Part shown: piece after piece, positions 13,799 through 25,700 of the stretch
Layout: each line of letters begins with the position of its first letter
How positions within the stretch are numbered: position 1 is the first letter of the stretch
NCBI RefSeq assembly: GCF_963921235.1
Contig: NC_086101.1
Location: forward strand, 3,784,001-3,848,000
DNA from: Mobula hypostoma
Taxonomy: Eukaryota
Length of the DNA stretch: 64,000 nt
Direction: 5' to 3'
Translations under genes and position numbers: made by a program
Notes under the pieces: generated by a model
Database searches by the model: none
What the model saw: the letters and a program-made list of their open reading frames with translations, nothing else
Told to the model about the DNA's origin: nothing

Positions 13799-13841
13799 TG
13801 GCCACTTTTGCCCTGGGAAAAATAAAAACATAGAAAACCTA

Positions 13842-14184
13842 CGAGGGGTGATTGATATTGTCGTGTCCTAAGGTAGAAAGAGTCAATTTTAGAAAACTTC
13901 AAAATTTCTGGATAATCAGAAGAGTTGCACTGCACGTGCATGTAACGAGAGCTGTATAACTCATCTCTTTCTGCCTTAGGCCACGAACGTATCAATCACC
14001 CCTGCAGTGGACCACTACTGGAGGTCCAAGATGCCGACTTCAACAAAGAAGGGATCCGTGTGCTCCACGACCGCTGGACTAAGTGTGTAAATGTAGGATG
14101 GGACTATGTTGAAAAATAAATGTGCTAGGTTTTCTAAAATTGGCTCCTTCTGCATTAGACCACGAACATATAAATCACCCCTCG
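13842..14184 (+). mobile_element. Non-autonomous mariner-like element (MITE)
   Basis: TIRs CGAGGGGTGATT / AATCACCCCTCG flanked by TA on both sides; internal KEGIRVLHDRWTKCVNVGWDYVEK* resembles a mariner transposase C-terminus. Confidence 0.85.
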
Positions 14185-14229
14185 TAGGTTTTCGATGATT
14201 TTATTTCTCCCAGGGCAAAAGTGGCCAAT

Positions 14230-16219
14230 TCCAGCGGACATCCATTTGAGGTGACTGAAGGAAAGTTCAGGGAAGATGTCAGAGGAATGGTTTCGGAATT
14301 CTGAGAGTATTTGTAGAATGACACCAGATATATTTTTTGAAGAACAGCTTGTGGTTGAGACCACCGGGGAATCTGCTATTCTTAGATTGGGTGTTCTATA
14401 ATGAACTTGATTTGATTCGGGAGCTTGAGGTAAAGGAATCCTTTGAGACTGTGATCATAATCTGATATAATTCACCCTGCAATTTAAGGGGGAGCGGTGA
14501 AAGTCTGATATATCCGTATTACAGTGGTGTAAAGACAATTACAGAGGCCTGAGAGAGAAGCTGGCCAAATTTGATTGGAAAGGTACACGAGCAGGGATAA
14601 CAGCAGATGGAGTTTCTGGGAGCAATTTGGAAGGCACAGCATAGATACATTCCAAAGAAAAAGAAGTATTCTAAAGGCAGGATGACTCAACCATGGCTGA
14701 CAAGGGAAGTTAAAGCTAACAAAAAGTAAAAGAGAGGGTGCAAACAGAGCGAACATTAGTGGGAGGTAATTGGAAAAAAATTAAAACAACTAAAAAAGCA
14801 ACTGTAAAGCAATAAGGAGGGCAAAGATGAAATATGCTAGCCAACAATATGAAAGTGGATACTAAAATTTTTTTGGAAATATCAGGAGTAAAATGAGGGA
14901 AGAGTACATATTGCATCATTGGAAAATGACACTGGTGAGGTGGTAAAGGGGGACACGGAAATGGTGGATGAACTGAATCTGTATTTTTCATTACTCTTCA
15001 CTGTGGAAAGACCTGCGGTATGCTGGAAGCTTAAGAATATCAGGGAGCAGAAATAAGTATCATTGCTATTTCTAGGGAGAAAGAGGGGGAAACTGAAAGG
15101 TCCGAAGGTAGATAAGTCACCTGCACCAGATGGACTAAATCCCAGGGTTCTGATAGAGATAGCTGAGGAGAATGTGGAGGCATTAGTAAAGATGATTCAG
15201 AATTCACTATATTCTAGAATGGTTCCTGAGTACTGGAAAATTACAAAATGTCATTCCAACCTTAAATGACCGGGACGAAGAAGTGGAAGGATGGGTTCGT
15301 AAATTAGCTGATGACGCAAAGATTTGAGGTGTACTGGATAGTGTGGACGACTATCAGAGTTTACAGCGGGAGATCGATAAGATGCAGAACTGGGCTGAGA
15401 AGTGGCAGATGGAGTTCAACCCAGGTAAGTGTGAGGTGGTTCACTTTGGTAGGTCAAATATGATGGTAGAATAAAGCAATAATGGTAAGACTCTTGGCAG
15501 TGTGGAGGATCAGAGGGATCTTGGGGTCCGAGTCCATAGGACACTCAAGGCTGCTACGCAGGTTGACTCTGTGGTTAAGAAGGCATACGGTGTATTGTTG
15601 CAGCTATTTAGGACCCTGGTCAGACCCCACTTGGTGTACTGTCCACAATTTTGGTCGGCTCGCTGTAGGAAGGACGTGGAAACCGTAGAAAGGATGCAGA
15701 GGAGATTTACAAGGATGTTGCCTGGATTGGGGAGCATGCCTTATCACAATAGGTTGAGTGAACTCGGAGCGACGGAGGATGAGAGGTGACCTGATAGAGG
15801 AGTACATGATAAGGAGAGGCACTGATCATGTGGATAGTCAGAGAATTTTTCCCAGGGTTGAAATAGTTAGCACGATAGGGCATACTTTTAAGGTGCTTGG
15901 AAATAGGTGCAGAGGAGATGTCACGCCGAGAGTGGTGAGTGAGTGGAATGGCCTGCCGGGGACGGTGGTAGAGGCGGAAACGATCGGGTCCTTTAAGAGA
16001 CCCCTCGTTGGGTACATGGATCTTCAGAAAATAGAGGTCGATGGGTAAGCCTCGGAAGTTCTAAGGTAAGGACATGTTCAGTACAGCTTTGTGGGCCGAA
16101 GGGCCTGCATTATGTTGTAGGTTTTCTATATTTCAGTGTTTCTAAGGCACTCGTGAGACTACATTTAGATTGTGTTCAGTTTTGAGCTCCTTAATTTAGA
16201 AAGGATATACTAACTTTGG
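14230..16219 (+). mobile_element. Degenerate CR1 ORF2 fragments (at least two elements)
   Basis: DKSPAPDGLNPRVL and LVRPHLVYCPQFWS peptides; tail GTAGGTTTTCTATATTTC near 16120. Confidence 0.8.
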
Positions 16220-17442
16220 CACAAGGAAATCACAGATGCTGAAAATTGAAGCAACACACACAAAATGCTGGTGGAACGCAGCAGGCCAGGCAGCATCTCT
16301 AGGAAGAAGCACAGTCGACGTTTTGGTCCGACGCCCTTGGTCAGGACTAACTGAAAGAAGAGATAGGAAGAGATTTGAAAGTGGGAGGTGGAGGGGGAAA
16401 TCCGAAATGATAGGAGAAGTCGGGAGGGTGAGGGATGGAGCCAAGAGCTGGAAAGTTCATTAGCAAAAGGATACAAGGCTGGAGAAGGGAGAGAATCATG
16501 GGATGGGAGGCCCAGGGAGAAAGAAAGTCGGAGGAGAGCGCCAGAGGAAGATGAAGAGCAGGCAAGGAGTGATTGTGAGAGGGACAGAGAGAGAAAAAAA
16601 AGGAAAATAATATAAATAAATAAATAACGGATGGGGTAAGAACGGGAGGAGGTGCATTAACGGAAGTTAGGGAAGTCAGTGTTAATGCCATCAGGTTGGA
16701 GGCTACCCAAACGGAATATAAGGTGTTGTTCTTCCAGCCTGAGTGTGGCTTCATCTTTGCAGTAGAGGAGGCCGTGGATAGACATATCAGAATAGGAATG
16801 GGACATGGAATTAAAATGTGTGGCCGCTGGGAGATCCTGCTTTCTCTGGCGGACAGAGAGTAGGCCACACAGTTTAATTCCAGGTCCCATTCGCATTCTG
16901 ATATGTCTATACACGGCCTCCTCTACTGTCAAGATGAAGCCACACGCAGGTTGGAGGAACAACACCTTATATTCCGTCCGGATAGCCTCCAACCTCATGG
17001 CATGAACATTGACTTCTCTAACTTCTGTTAAGACCCCTTCTCCCGTTCTTACCCCATTTCATATTTATTTATTTATTATTTATCTTTTCCCCTTTCTTTC
17101 TCTCTTTTCTCCTTCTGTCCACCTCACAATCACTCCTTGCCTGCTCTCCATCTTCCTCTGGCACTCCCCTCCCCCTTTCTTTCTCTCTTGGCCTCCCGTC
17201 CCATGATCCTCTCCCTTCTCCAGACTTCTATCCGTTTTGCCAATCAACCGTCCAGCTCTTAGCTCTATTCCTCTCCCTCCTGTCTTCTCCTATCATTCGG
17301 ATCTCCCCCTCCCCCTTTCAAATCTCTCACTGTCTCTTCTTTCAGTTCGTGCTGACGAAGGGTCTCGGCCGGTAATGTCGCCTTTACCTCTTCCTATGGA
17401 TACTGTCTGTCCTGCTGCGTTCCACTAGCATTTTGTGTGTGT
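16220..17442. mobile_element. Penelope-like element: two truncated copies in inverted arrangement
   Basis: Minus copy (16220-~16865) encodes DLPAATHFNS...RLEEQHLIFRLGSLQPDGIN, typical of the region after the GIY-YIG motif; plus copy (~16868-17442) mirrors it; inserted in a CR1 that resumes at ~17450. Confidence 0.85.
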
Positions 17443-18930
17443 TACTAAGATCGGAGAGGGTTCAGAGAAGATTCAGGAGAATGTTTGCAGGAATGAAAGG
17501 GTTACCGTATGAGGAACGTCTGGCAGCTCTTGGCCGGTGTTCTCTGTCGTTCAGGAGAATGGGGGGGGGGGGGGGATCTCATAGAACCATTCCAAATTTT
17601 AAAAGAACCGAACAGATTAGATGTAACAAAGTTATTTCCAGTGATAGGGAAGTCTTCGATAAGAGGGCACGACTTCAGGATTGAAGGACGTCAATTTTGA
17701 ACAGAGATGCGGAGAAATTACTTTAGTCAGAGGGTGGTAAATCTGTGGAGTTTGTTCCATGTGCGGCTATGGAGGCCAAGTCATTGGGTGCATTTAAGGC
17801 AGAGATAGACAGGTTCTTGATTAGCCAGGGCATCAAAGGGCATGTGAGAAGGCAGGGGAGTGGGGATGACTGGAAGAATTGGATCAGCAGGTAATTGAAG
17901 GTGGAGCAGACTCGATGGGCTGAACGGCCTACTGCTCCTCTTTCTTATGGTTTTGAGAACACTGAGTATTTCAGGAACAGCTTCGTCCACTCCGCCATCA
18001 GATTTCTGAATGGACAATGAACCCATGAAGATTTCCGAATTATTTTCCCTCTCTTTTTGCACGATCTTTAAAATTTATTTTAATTTTATTGTAATTTATA
18101 ATTTTTATTACAATGTATTGCAATGTACTACTGCCACAAAACAACAAATTTCACCACATATGCGGAAAATATTAATCCTGATTCTGATACACAAGCCACA
18201 CAGCTGGGCTCAGGCTCCCACATACCCCGCTTTGTGTCTCTCTGCGTACTCTGTGGCTGTCGGTCTGAAGCTCCAACTGTTGCAACACCTGCCCTTTCAA
18301 TTCATGTTCTGAGGGGGTTGTATCTGTTCACTGTTTGAGTTCTACATTAAACAGACAGCATTGACTGGGAAGGAGGGTTTGAATACAAGAATACAGATCT
18401 CCTCTGAAGTTATTTGGGGTCCTGGTGAGAGCGGACATGGAACACTGTGCACAGGTCTGGTCTCCCTCCCAGAGTCAGCCTGCGGGATGAAGGGAATGAA
18501 AAGGTTTCCCAGATTTATTTGGGGGTGAGTTCGTGTCCTCAGAGAGATTATACTGACTGGGACTGTCTGAGAATTAGAGAAATAAGAAGTGGTCTCACTG
18601 GCAGAGACACAGTCTCACAGAATATTGACAGGTTAGAGGCAGGAGTGATGTTCCCCCTGTGGGTGTGGAACTAGGGGTCAGAGACTCAAAATAAGAAATC
18701 ACCTCAGCAGGACTGAGATGAAGAGAAATTTTCTCCCCTTGAGTGCGGCGAATCCTTAGAAGTTTCTCCACGAGGTTTCTAAATTCAAAAGGTAAATTCA
18801 GGGGCTCAGCGAGGATGGGAACTTTGGAGGAAAGAGGCACTGAGGTCAAAGATCAGCCATGCTCCGAGTGAAGGACTGAGCTGGCGCAAGGGGCCGAATG
18901 GCCACGCCTGCTCCTGTTTCTTATTTTCTA
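17443..18930 (+). mobile_element. CR1 3' fragments and a Rex-like 3' UTR
   Basis: ERVQRRFRRMFAGMKGLPYEERL; CR1 3' hairpin GGGCCGAATGGCC at ~18891. Confidence 0.7.
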
Positions 18931-18949
18931 AAACACGAATTTATCTTTG

Positions 18950-19420
18950 TGTCTCGTTCACCCTCGCCCTCAGTCTGTCGATTTGCACAGGAGAGAGGTG
19001 AGAGCACCGGAGACCCATCAGCAGCCGCTGCGGCGCAGCTCCGGTCTCCCAGCAGCAGAAAGCGGGTTTCGGGGGCAGCTGCAGACAACAGTCCCCGATC
19101 CCTCGGGGAGAAAGACCGGGCACCGTCCGTGTAGCTGAACCATCTCATGCAATCCCCGCCAGTTTCTTCATCTCCGCACTCGGAAGAATTCAAAACCCGG
19201 GCCGGTGTCGCAGCTTTGCCCGAGGAGCCATTCCTGATCTCCGGCCTCGCAACCGGTCCAGTCGCTCCCGGTTCCAAACACCGGACCGCATTCCGCCCCG
19301 AGCGCTCTGCGTCCCGCCCACTGACACTGGGCGGGGCAGACCGCAGCCAATGAGAGCCGGCTTCTCCCAGCAGTGCTCGCTGATTGGCCGTGAATGTGGC
19401 TGAGAACAAAGTTCCCCGAA
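18950..19420. promoter_or_regulatory. CpG-island-like promoter with GC boxes and two opposed CCAAT boxes
   Basis: Dense CpG; GGGCGGGGC 19329-19337, CCGCCC at ~19293 and ~19314, AGCCAATGAG (CCAAT 19347-19351), CTGATTGG 19380-19387. Confidence 0.7.
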
Positions 19421-19424
19421 ACTC

Positions 19425-19930
19425 AAAAGCTCAAAGTAAATTTACGATCAGAGTACCAAAATATCACCGCACACAACCCTGGGATTTATTTTCCTGCGGC
19501 CTTACTGAGAAAATCTAAAAAATAGTAACTGTAACAGGATCAATGAAAGATCAACAAGTGCGCAGAAAACAACACCACTGTACAAATGTAAATACAAATA
19601 AATAAATAAAGAATGAAAAGGTGAAATGACAAGGTAAAGAGTCTTTAAAGTGTGTGACACTGGTTGTGGGACCATCTCAATGGATGGGCAAGTGTGTGTT
19701 GTTATCCCCTATTGTTGAAGATCCTGACCTTTGAGGGCTAGTAACTGTTCTTGAACCTGTTTCTGTGAGTCCTGAGGCTCTTGTACCTTCTGCCTGATGG
19801 CAGCAGCAAGAAGAGAGCATGGCCTGGGGGGTGAGGATCTCTGATGCTCGATGCTGCTTTCCTCTGACAGCGTTTCATATAGATGTGCTCAATGGTTGTG
19901 AGGGCTCTCCTTGTGATGCACTGGGCCGAT
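19425..19930 (-). mobile_element. Rex1/Babar-like LINE 3' fragment
   Basis: TCAAAGTAAATTTA tail and CTTCTGCCTGATGG (antisense of LPSG motif), as in other Rex-like copies here. Confidence 0.65.
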
Positions 19931-20235
19931 TGTTAACATTCATGAATATACTACATTTATAATTGCATGCTGTGCATGGTCTGTTATTTTTGCCGCCGGG
20001 CGATTGCATCTGAGCAGTAAGTTACACAGCATTCAAACAGATCGGGGTTCGGGTGGGCGAGACGTCTCAACTTCATGGATTCAGCGGGACTATGCCATAT
20101 CTACTCTTGACATACAGAGTGTGAGAAAGGTGTTTTGCAACCGCTGATTCCGGTGACTGTTAGCGAGGGGCTCCAGACACGGCTCGTAAAAGGTGTTTCA
20201 CATACAGCAACATAAAGTTCATTCCGTGAGACTGC

Positions 20236-20266
20236 AGCGCGCCTGGTGGACACTCGCGGTACTGCA
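20236..20266 (-). promoter_or_regulatory. Degenerate CTCF-like site just upstream of the TRIM start codon, reverse
   Basis: Minus strand TGCAGTACC-GCGAG-TGT-CCACCAGGCGCGCT: upstream motif and spacing as at 2808, 3' half of core imperfect. Confidence 0.45.
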
Positions 20267-20325
20267 GGCGTTCAGCCCCTCCCCAGAAGTGAAAGGATCC
20301 TGAACCAGGAAGTGCCGGAGTTAAC

Positions 20326-20736
20326 ATGGATTCGAAAGGACAGGTCGAGAGTTTGACCGAGGAGGTAACTTGTCCCATCTGCCTGGATTTCTTTACCGAT
20401 CCAGTGTCACTGGACTGTGGGCACAGCTTCTGTCGCTCCTGTATCACGCGGTGTTGGGAAAGGGAGGAGAGAAACTCCTGTCCGGAATGTAGAGAGGAAT
20501 TTGCAGACCGCACCCTCAGAGCCAATCGGGCCTTAGCAAATCTGTCTGACAAAGCTCGAAAACTAAACCTGAATCCGAAAGGAAAGGAAAGTAAACTTCA
20601 CTGCGAGAAACATGATGAAGAATTGAAGCTGTTTTGTGAGACAGACAAGAAACTGCTCTGTCTGATCTGTGGAGACGCGAGGGAACACAAAGAGCACCGC
20701 TTCCTGCCGATTGAAGAAGCTGTTGAAGTCTATAAG
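20326..20736 (+). CDS. TRIM-B30.2 E3 ubiquitin ligase (TRIM39/TRIM27/NF7-like), coding exon 1: RING plus B-box2
   Basis: ATG in AACATGG; C3HC4 RING CPIC...CGHSFCRSC...CPEC; B-box CEKH...C...CLIC...HKEH; donor AAG|GTAAAA; 411 nt, phase 0. Confidence 0.95.
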
Positions 20737-20875
20737 GTAAAAACAAATCGATTTTGATCACCTGATTTTTTTTCATGACGTATTTATTTTCTCACCCCTG
20801 GTGTTTATGACAATAAACTGGTCCGAATCGGCAATGCACCTTTATTGTCTAATTCCTTCACTCTCTGCCTCCCAG

Positions 20876-20971
20876 GACCGGGTGAAATCTGCCTTAGATT
20901 CCCCCACAGAAAAGAAATCCGAGCTCAAGGAAATGGAGCGGCAACAGAAAGAGAAGATTTCCGAAGTTCGG
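20876..20971 (+). CDS. TRIM coding exon 2 (coiled coil)
   Basis: CTCCCAG| ... CGG|GTGAGG; 96 nt, the usual size for this TRIM exon; DRVKSALDSPTEKKSELKEMERQQKEKISEVR. Confidence 0.92.
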
Positions 20972-21360
20972 GTGAGGATTCCCTGATTTTCCTGTGTCGT
21001 TTGATCTCTTTAATGCCGAATAGAGTATCGCAGCTCCCGGGACCTGTGTTCGATTCTGACCTCTGGTGCTGTTTGCGTGGAGTTTGCATGTTCTCCTTGA
21101 GATCACAGTGGGCCGGCATTGCCAGGAAATCTAGGTTGAATGTATCATTCGCTTCTGTAATTAAACCTGTGAAGGCGGGTGGACTGTGAATCAGGTGGGA
21201 GGTAATGGGTCAGTGAGGAAGAATCGGTTTCAGGGATTGAATGAATGGAATTGAATATCTGAGAATCAGCATAGAGTCAACAGGCTGAATGGCCTCCTTC
21301 CAGGTGATAGGGAAATACTTTACAGCCAAGTAATCAGCTAGCCTCTCCTTTAATTGTCAG

Positions 21361-21594
21361 GAACAGTCACACAGCGTTCAGTCCCACATTACATCCGAGT
21401 TTGCTGAACTGCGCCAGATTATCACCGAGAAAGAGCAGCACTTACTCCGAGATCTCAGGGCAGAGGAGGCGAGGATTCTAAATCCAATGGAGAAAAGTCT
21501 TCGAAAGATTCAAGAGAATTTAAATTCCATCCAGGAGGAAATCTCAAAGTTACAGGAACAGATGGACCAACAAGAACATATCACATTCCTCATG
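21361..21594 (+). CDS. TRIM coding exon 3 (coiled coil)
   Basis: TTGTCAG| ... ATG|GTGAGA; 234 nt open frame EQSHSVQSHITSEFAELRQIITEKEQHLL...HITFLM. Confidence 0.92.
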
Positions 21595-21971
21595 GTGAGA
21601 GATTTCAGTTTGGTTCTGTAAAAGTGCAGAGTCTCAAAATGATGTATTTTAACTCAATGTGGTATTTACAGATACTATCATTGTAAACAGATTTAAACCG
21701 GACAGATGTTTTGACTGTACAGGACTGTTGCCGTTCCCCAAACCGACCTCCCACAACATCTGTACGTTGCAGGACAGTCTGTAACCTTCTCGGGAATGAG
21801 TTACTCTGATCAGAGCACTGAGCTGCCGATCGTTTCTGTCATTTCCACGTATAATATTCCCTGAGATCAGAGTAACATCCAGTTACAGTCACAGGCTGTG
21901 AGTGTGTCTGGTGTGGTGGTTGTGATGATCTCTCGTGTCTACCAGTGGGAATTGAGATTGAATTGCACATA

Positions 21972-22665
21972 TACTTTATACTTTATCGTCGCCAAACAAT
22001 TGATACCAGAACGTACAATCATGATAGCGATATTTGATTTTGCGCTTCCTGCTCCCTGGATTACAAAGCAATAGTAAATATTAAAAATTTAAATTTTCAA
22101 TCATACATAGAAACTAGAAAAATGGAAAGTAAGGTAGTGCAAAACAACGAGATGCAGGTCCGGATATGTGGAGGGTACGGCCCAGATCCGGGTCAGGATC
22201 CGTTCAACGGTCTTATCACAGTTGGAAAGAAGCTGTTCCCAAATCAGACCGTACAAGTCTTCAAGCTCCTGAGCCTTCTCCCGGAGGGAAGAGTGACGAA
22301 AAGTGTGTTGGCTGGGCGGGTCGTGTCCTTGATTATCCTGGCAGCACTGCTCCGACAGCGTGCGGTGTAAAGTGAGTCCATGGACGGAAGATTGGTTTGT
22401 GTGATTTGCTTCGCTGGGTTCATGATCTTCTGTAGCTTCTTCTGCTATTGGACAGGACAACTTCCATACCAGGCTGTGATGCACCCTAGAAGAATGCTTT
22501 CTACGGTGCATCTATAAAAATTTGTGTGTGTTTTAGGGAACAGGCCAAAGTTCTTCAGTTTTCTCAGGAAGTAAAGACGCAGGAGGGCCTTCTTGACAGT
22601 GGTCTCTGCTTGGTTGGACCAAGTAAGGTCACTTGTGATATTGACCCCGAGGGACATTGTGACCC
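21972..22665 (-). mobile_element. Rex1/Babar-like LINE, 5' truncated
   Basis: LGVNITSDLTWS...RLYFLRKLK...FYRCTVESIL...ITAWYG; (TACTTTA)n tail. Confidence 0.85.
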
Positions 22666-22770
22666 ACACATCAGATTAAACATCGACAGCGCCGATAAAG
22701 AGTATTAACAACCACCCCCTCCCCCGGCTTGGAAGTTTTCATGTTTTTCATGTTTTATTATCTCAATATT

Positions 22771-25700
22771 GTGAAGAAAAAAAAGGATGACAGGAGTGAA
22801 GGTAGGACTGATTAGAGAAAAAGGTGGGAAGATGTGTCTGGAGGCTGTGGAAGTGAGCGAGGTCCTCAATGAATACTTCTCTTCGATATTCACCAATGAG
22901 AGGGAACTTGATGATGGTGAGGACAATATGAGTGAGGTTGATGTTCTGGAGCATGTTGATATTAAGGGAGAGGAGGTGTTGGAGTTGTTAAAATGCATTA
23001 GGACAGATAAGTCCCCGGGGCCTGATGGAATATTCCCCAGGCTGCTCCACGAGGCAAAGGAAGAGATTGCTGAGCATCTGGCTAGAATCTTTATGTTCTC
23101 GTTGTCCACTGGAATGGTACCGGAGGATTGGAGGGAGGCGAATGTTGTTCCCTTATTCAAAAAAGGTAGTAGGGATAGTCCGGGTAATTATAGACCAGTG
23201 AGCCTTACGTCTGTGGTGGGAAAGCTGTTGGAAAAGATTCTTAGAGATAGGATCTGTAGGCATTTAGAGAATCATGGTCTGATAGAAAGGTTGTGAGTGG
23301 TGGTAAAAATCTTCTGATGTGTATATATTTCAATGCTAGGAGTATTGCGGGGAAGGCGGATGAGTTGAGGGCGTGGATTGACACATGGAATTATGATGTT
23401 GTAGCAATTAGTGAAACTTGGCTACAGGAGGGGCAGGACTGGCAGCTTAATATTCCAGGGTTCCGATGTTTCAGATGTGATGGAGGCAGAGGAATGAAAG
23501 GTCGTGAGTAGCATTGCTTGTTAGGGAAAATATTACAGCAGTGCTCAGGCAGGACAGATTAGAGGGCTTGTCTACTGAGTCCTTATGGGTGGAGCTGAGA
23601 AACAGGAAAGGTATGGCCACATTAGTGGGATTGTATTACAGACCATCCAATAGTCAACGAGACTTGGAAGAGCAAATCTGCAGAGAGATAGCAGGCAACT
23701 GCAGGAAACGTAAAGTTGTGGTGGTAGGGGATTTTAATTTTCCACACATTGATTGGGACTCCCATACTGTTAGGGGCCGAGATGGTTTAGATTTTGTAAA
23801 ATGTGTTCAGGAAAGTTTTCTAAATCAATATATAGAGGGACCAACTAGAGGGGATGCAATATTGGATCTCCTGTTAGCTAACGAATTAGGGCAAGTGACA
23901 GAAATCTGTGTAGGGGAGCACTTTGGTTCCAGTGATCATAACACCATTAGTTTCAATTTGATCATGGACAAGGATAGATCTGGTCCTAGGGTTGAGGTTC
24001 AAAATTGGAAGAAGGCCAAATTTGAAGAAATGAGAACGGATCTAAAAAGCGTGGATTGGGACAGGTTGTTCTCTGGCAAAGATGTGATTGGTAGGTGGGA
24101 AGCCTTCAAAGGGGAAATTTTGAGAGTGCAGAGTTTGTATGTTCCAGTCAGGATTAAAGGCAAATTGAATAGGAATAAGGAACCTTGGTTCTCAAGGGAT
24201 ATTGCAACTCTGATAAAGAAGAAGAGGGAGTTGTATGAAATGTATAGGAAACAGGGGGTAAATCAGGTGCTTGAGGAGTATAAGAAGTGCAAGAAAATAC
24301 TTAAGAAAGAAATCAGGAGGGCTAAAAGAAGACATGAGATTGCCTTGGCAGTCAAAGTGAAGGATAATCCAAAGAGCTTTTACAAGTATATTAAGAGCAA
24401 AAGGATTGTAAGGGATAAAAGTGGTCCTCTTGAAGATCAGAGTGGTCGGCTTTGTGCGGAACGAAAGGAAATGGGGGAGATCTTAAATAGGTTTTTTGCG
24501 TCTGTATTTACTAAGGAAGCTGGCATGAAATCTATGGAATTGAGGGAATCAAGTAGTGAGACCATAGAAACAGTACAGATTGAAAATGAGGAGGTGCTTG
24601 CTGTCTTGAGGAAAATTAAAGTGGATACATCCCCGGGACATGACAGAGAGTTCCCTCGGACCTTGAAGGAGACTAGTGTTGAAATTGCGGGGGCCCTAGC
24701 AGAAATATTTAAAATGTCGCTGTCTACGGGTGAAGTGCCGGAGGATTGGAGAGTGGCTCATGTTGTTCCATTGTTTAAAAAAGGATGGAAAATTAATCCG
24801 GGAAATTATAGGCCAGTGAGTTTAACGTCAGTAGTAGGTAAGTTATTGGAGGGAGTACTAAGCGACAGAATCTACAAGCATTTGGATAGATAGGGGCTTA
24901 TTAGGGAGAGTCAACATGGCTTTGTGCGTGGTAGGTCATGTTTGACCAATCTGTTGGAGTTTTTCGAGGAGGTTACCAGGAAAGTGGATGAAGGGAAGGC
25001 AGTGGATATTGTCTACTTGGACTTCAGTAAGGCCTTTGACAAGGTCCCGCATGGGAGGTTAGTTAGGAAAATTCAGTCGCTAGGTATACATGGAGAGGTG
25101 GTAAATTGGATTAGACATTGGCTCGATGGAAGAAGCCAGAGAGTGGTGGTAGAGAATTGCTTCTCTGAGTGGAGGCCTGTGACTACTGCTGTGCCACAGG
25201 GATCAGTGCTGGGTCCATTGTTATTTGTCATCTATATCAATGATCTGGATGATAATGTGGTAAATTGGATCAGCAAGTTTGCTGATGATACAAAGATTGG
25301 AGGTGTAGTAGACGGTAAGGAAGGTTTTCAGAGCCTGCAGAGGGACTTGGACCAGCTGGAAAAATGGACTAAAAAATGGCAGATGGAGTTTAATACTGAC
25401 AAGTGTGAGGTATTGCACGTTGGAAGGTCAAACCAAGGTAGAACATACAGGGTTAATGGTAAGGCACTGAGGAGTGCAGTGGAACAGAGGGATCTGGGAA
25501 TACAGATACAAAATTCCCTAAAAGTGGCGTCACAGGTAGATAGGGTCGTAAAGAGAGCTTTTGGTACATTGGCCTTTATTAATCAAAGTACTGAGTATGA
25601 GAGCTGGAATGTTATGTTGAGGTTGTATAAGGCATTGGTGAGGCCGAATCTGGAGTATTGTGTTCAGTTTTGATCACCAAATTACAGGAAGGATATAAAT

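Noticed and set aside
19360..19390. MHC class II-like X-Y box
   Set aside because: Only the Y/CCAAT part matches; no convincing X or S box at the right spacing.
18921..19409. 162-aa minus-strand ORF in the CpG island
   Set aside because: No recognisable domain; GC-rich DNA has few stops; non-ATG start.
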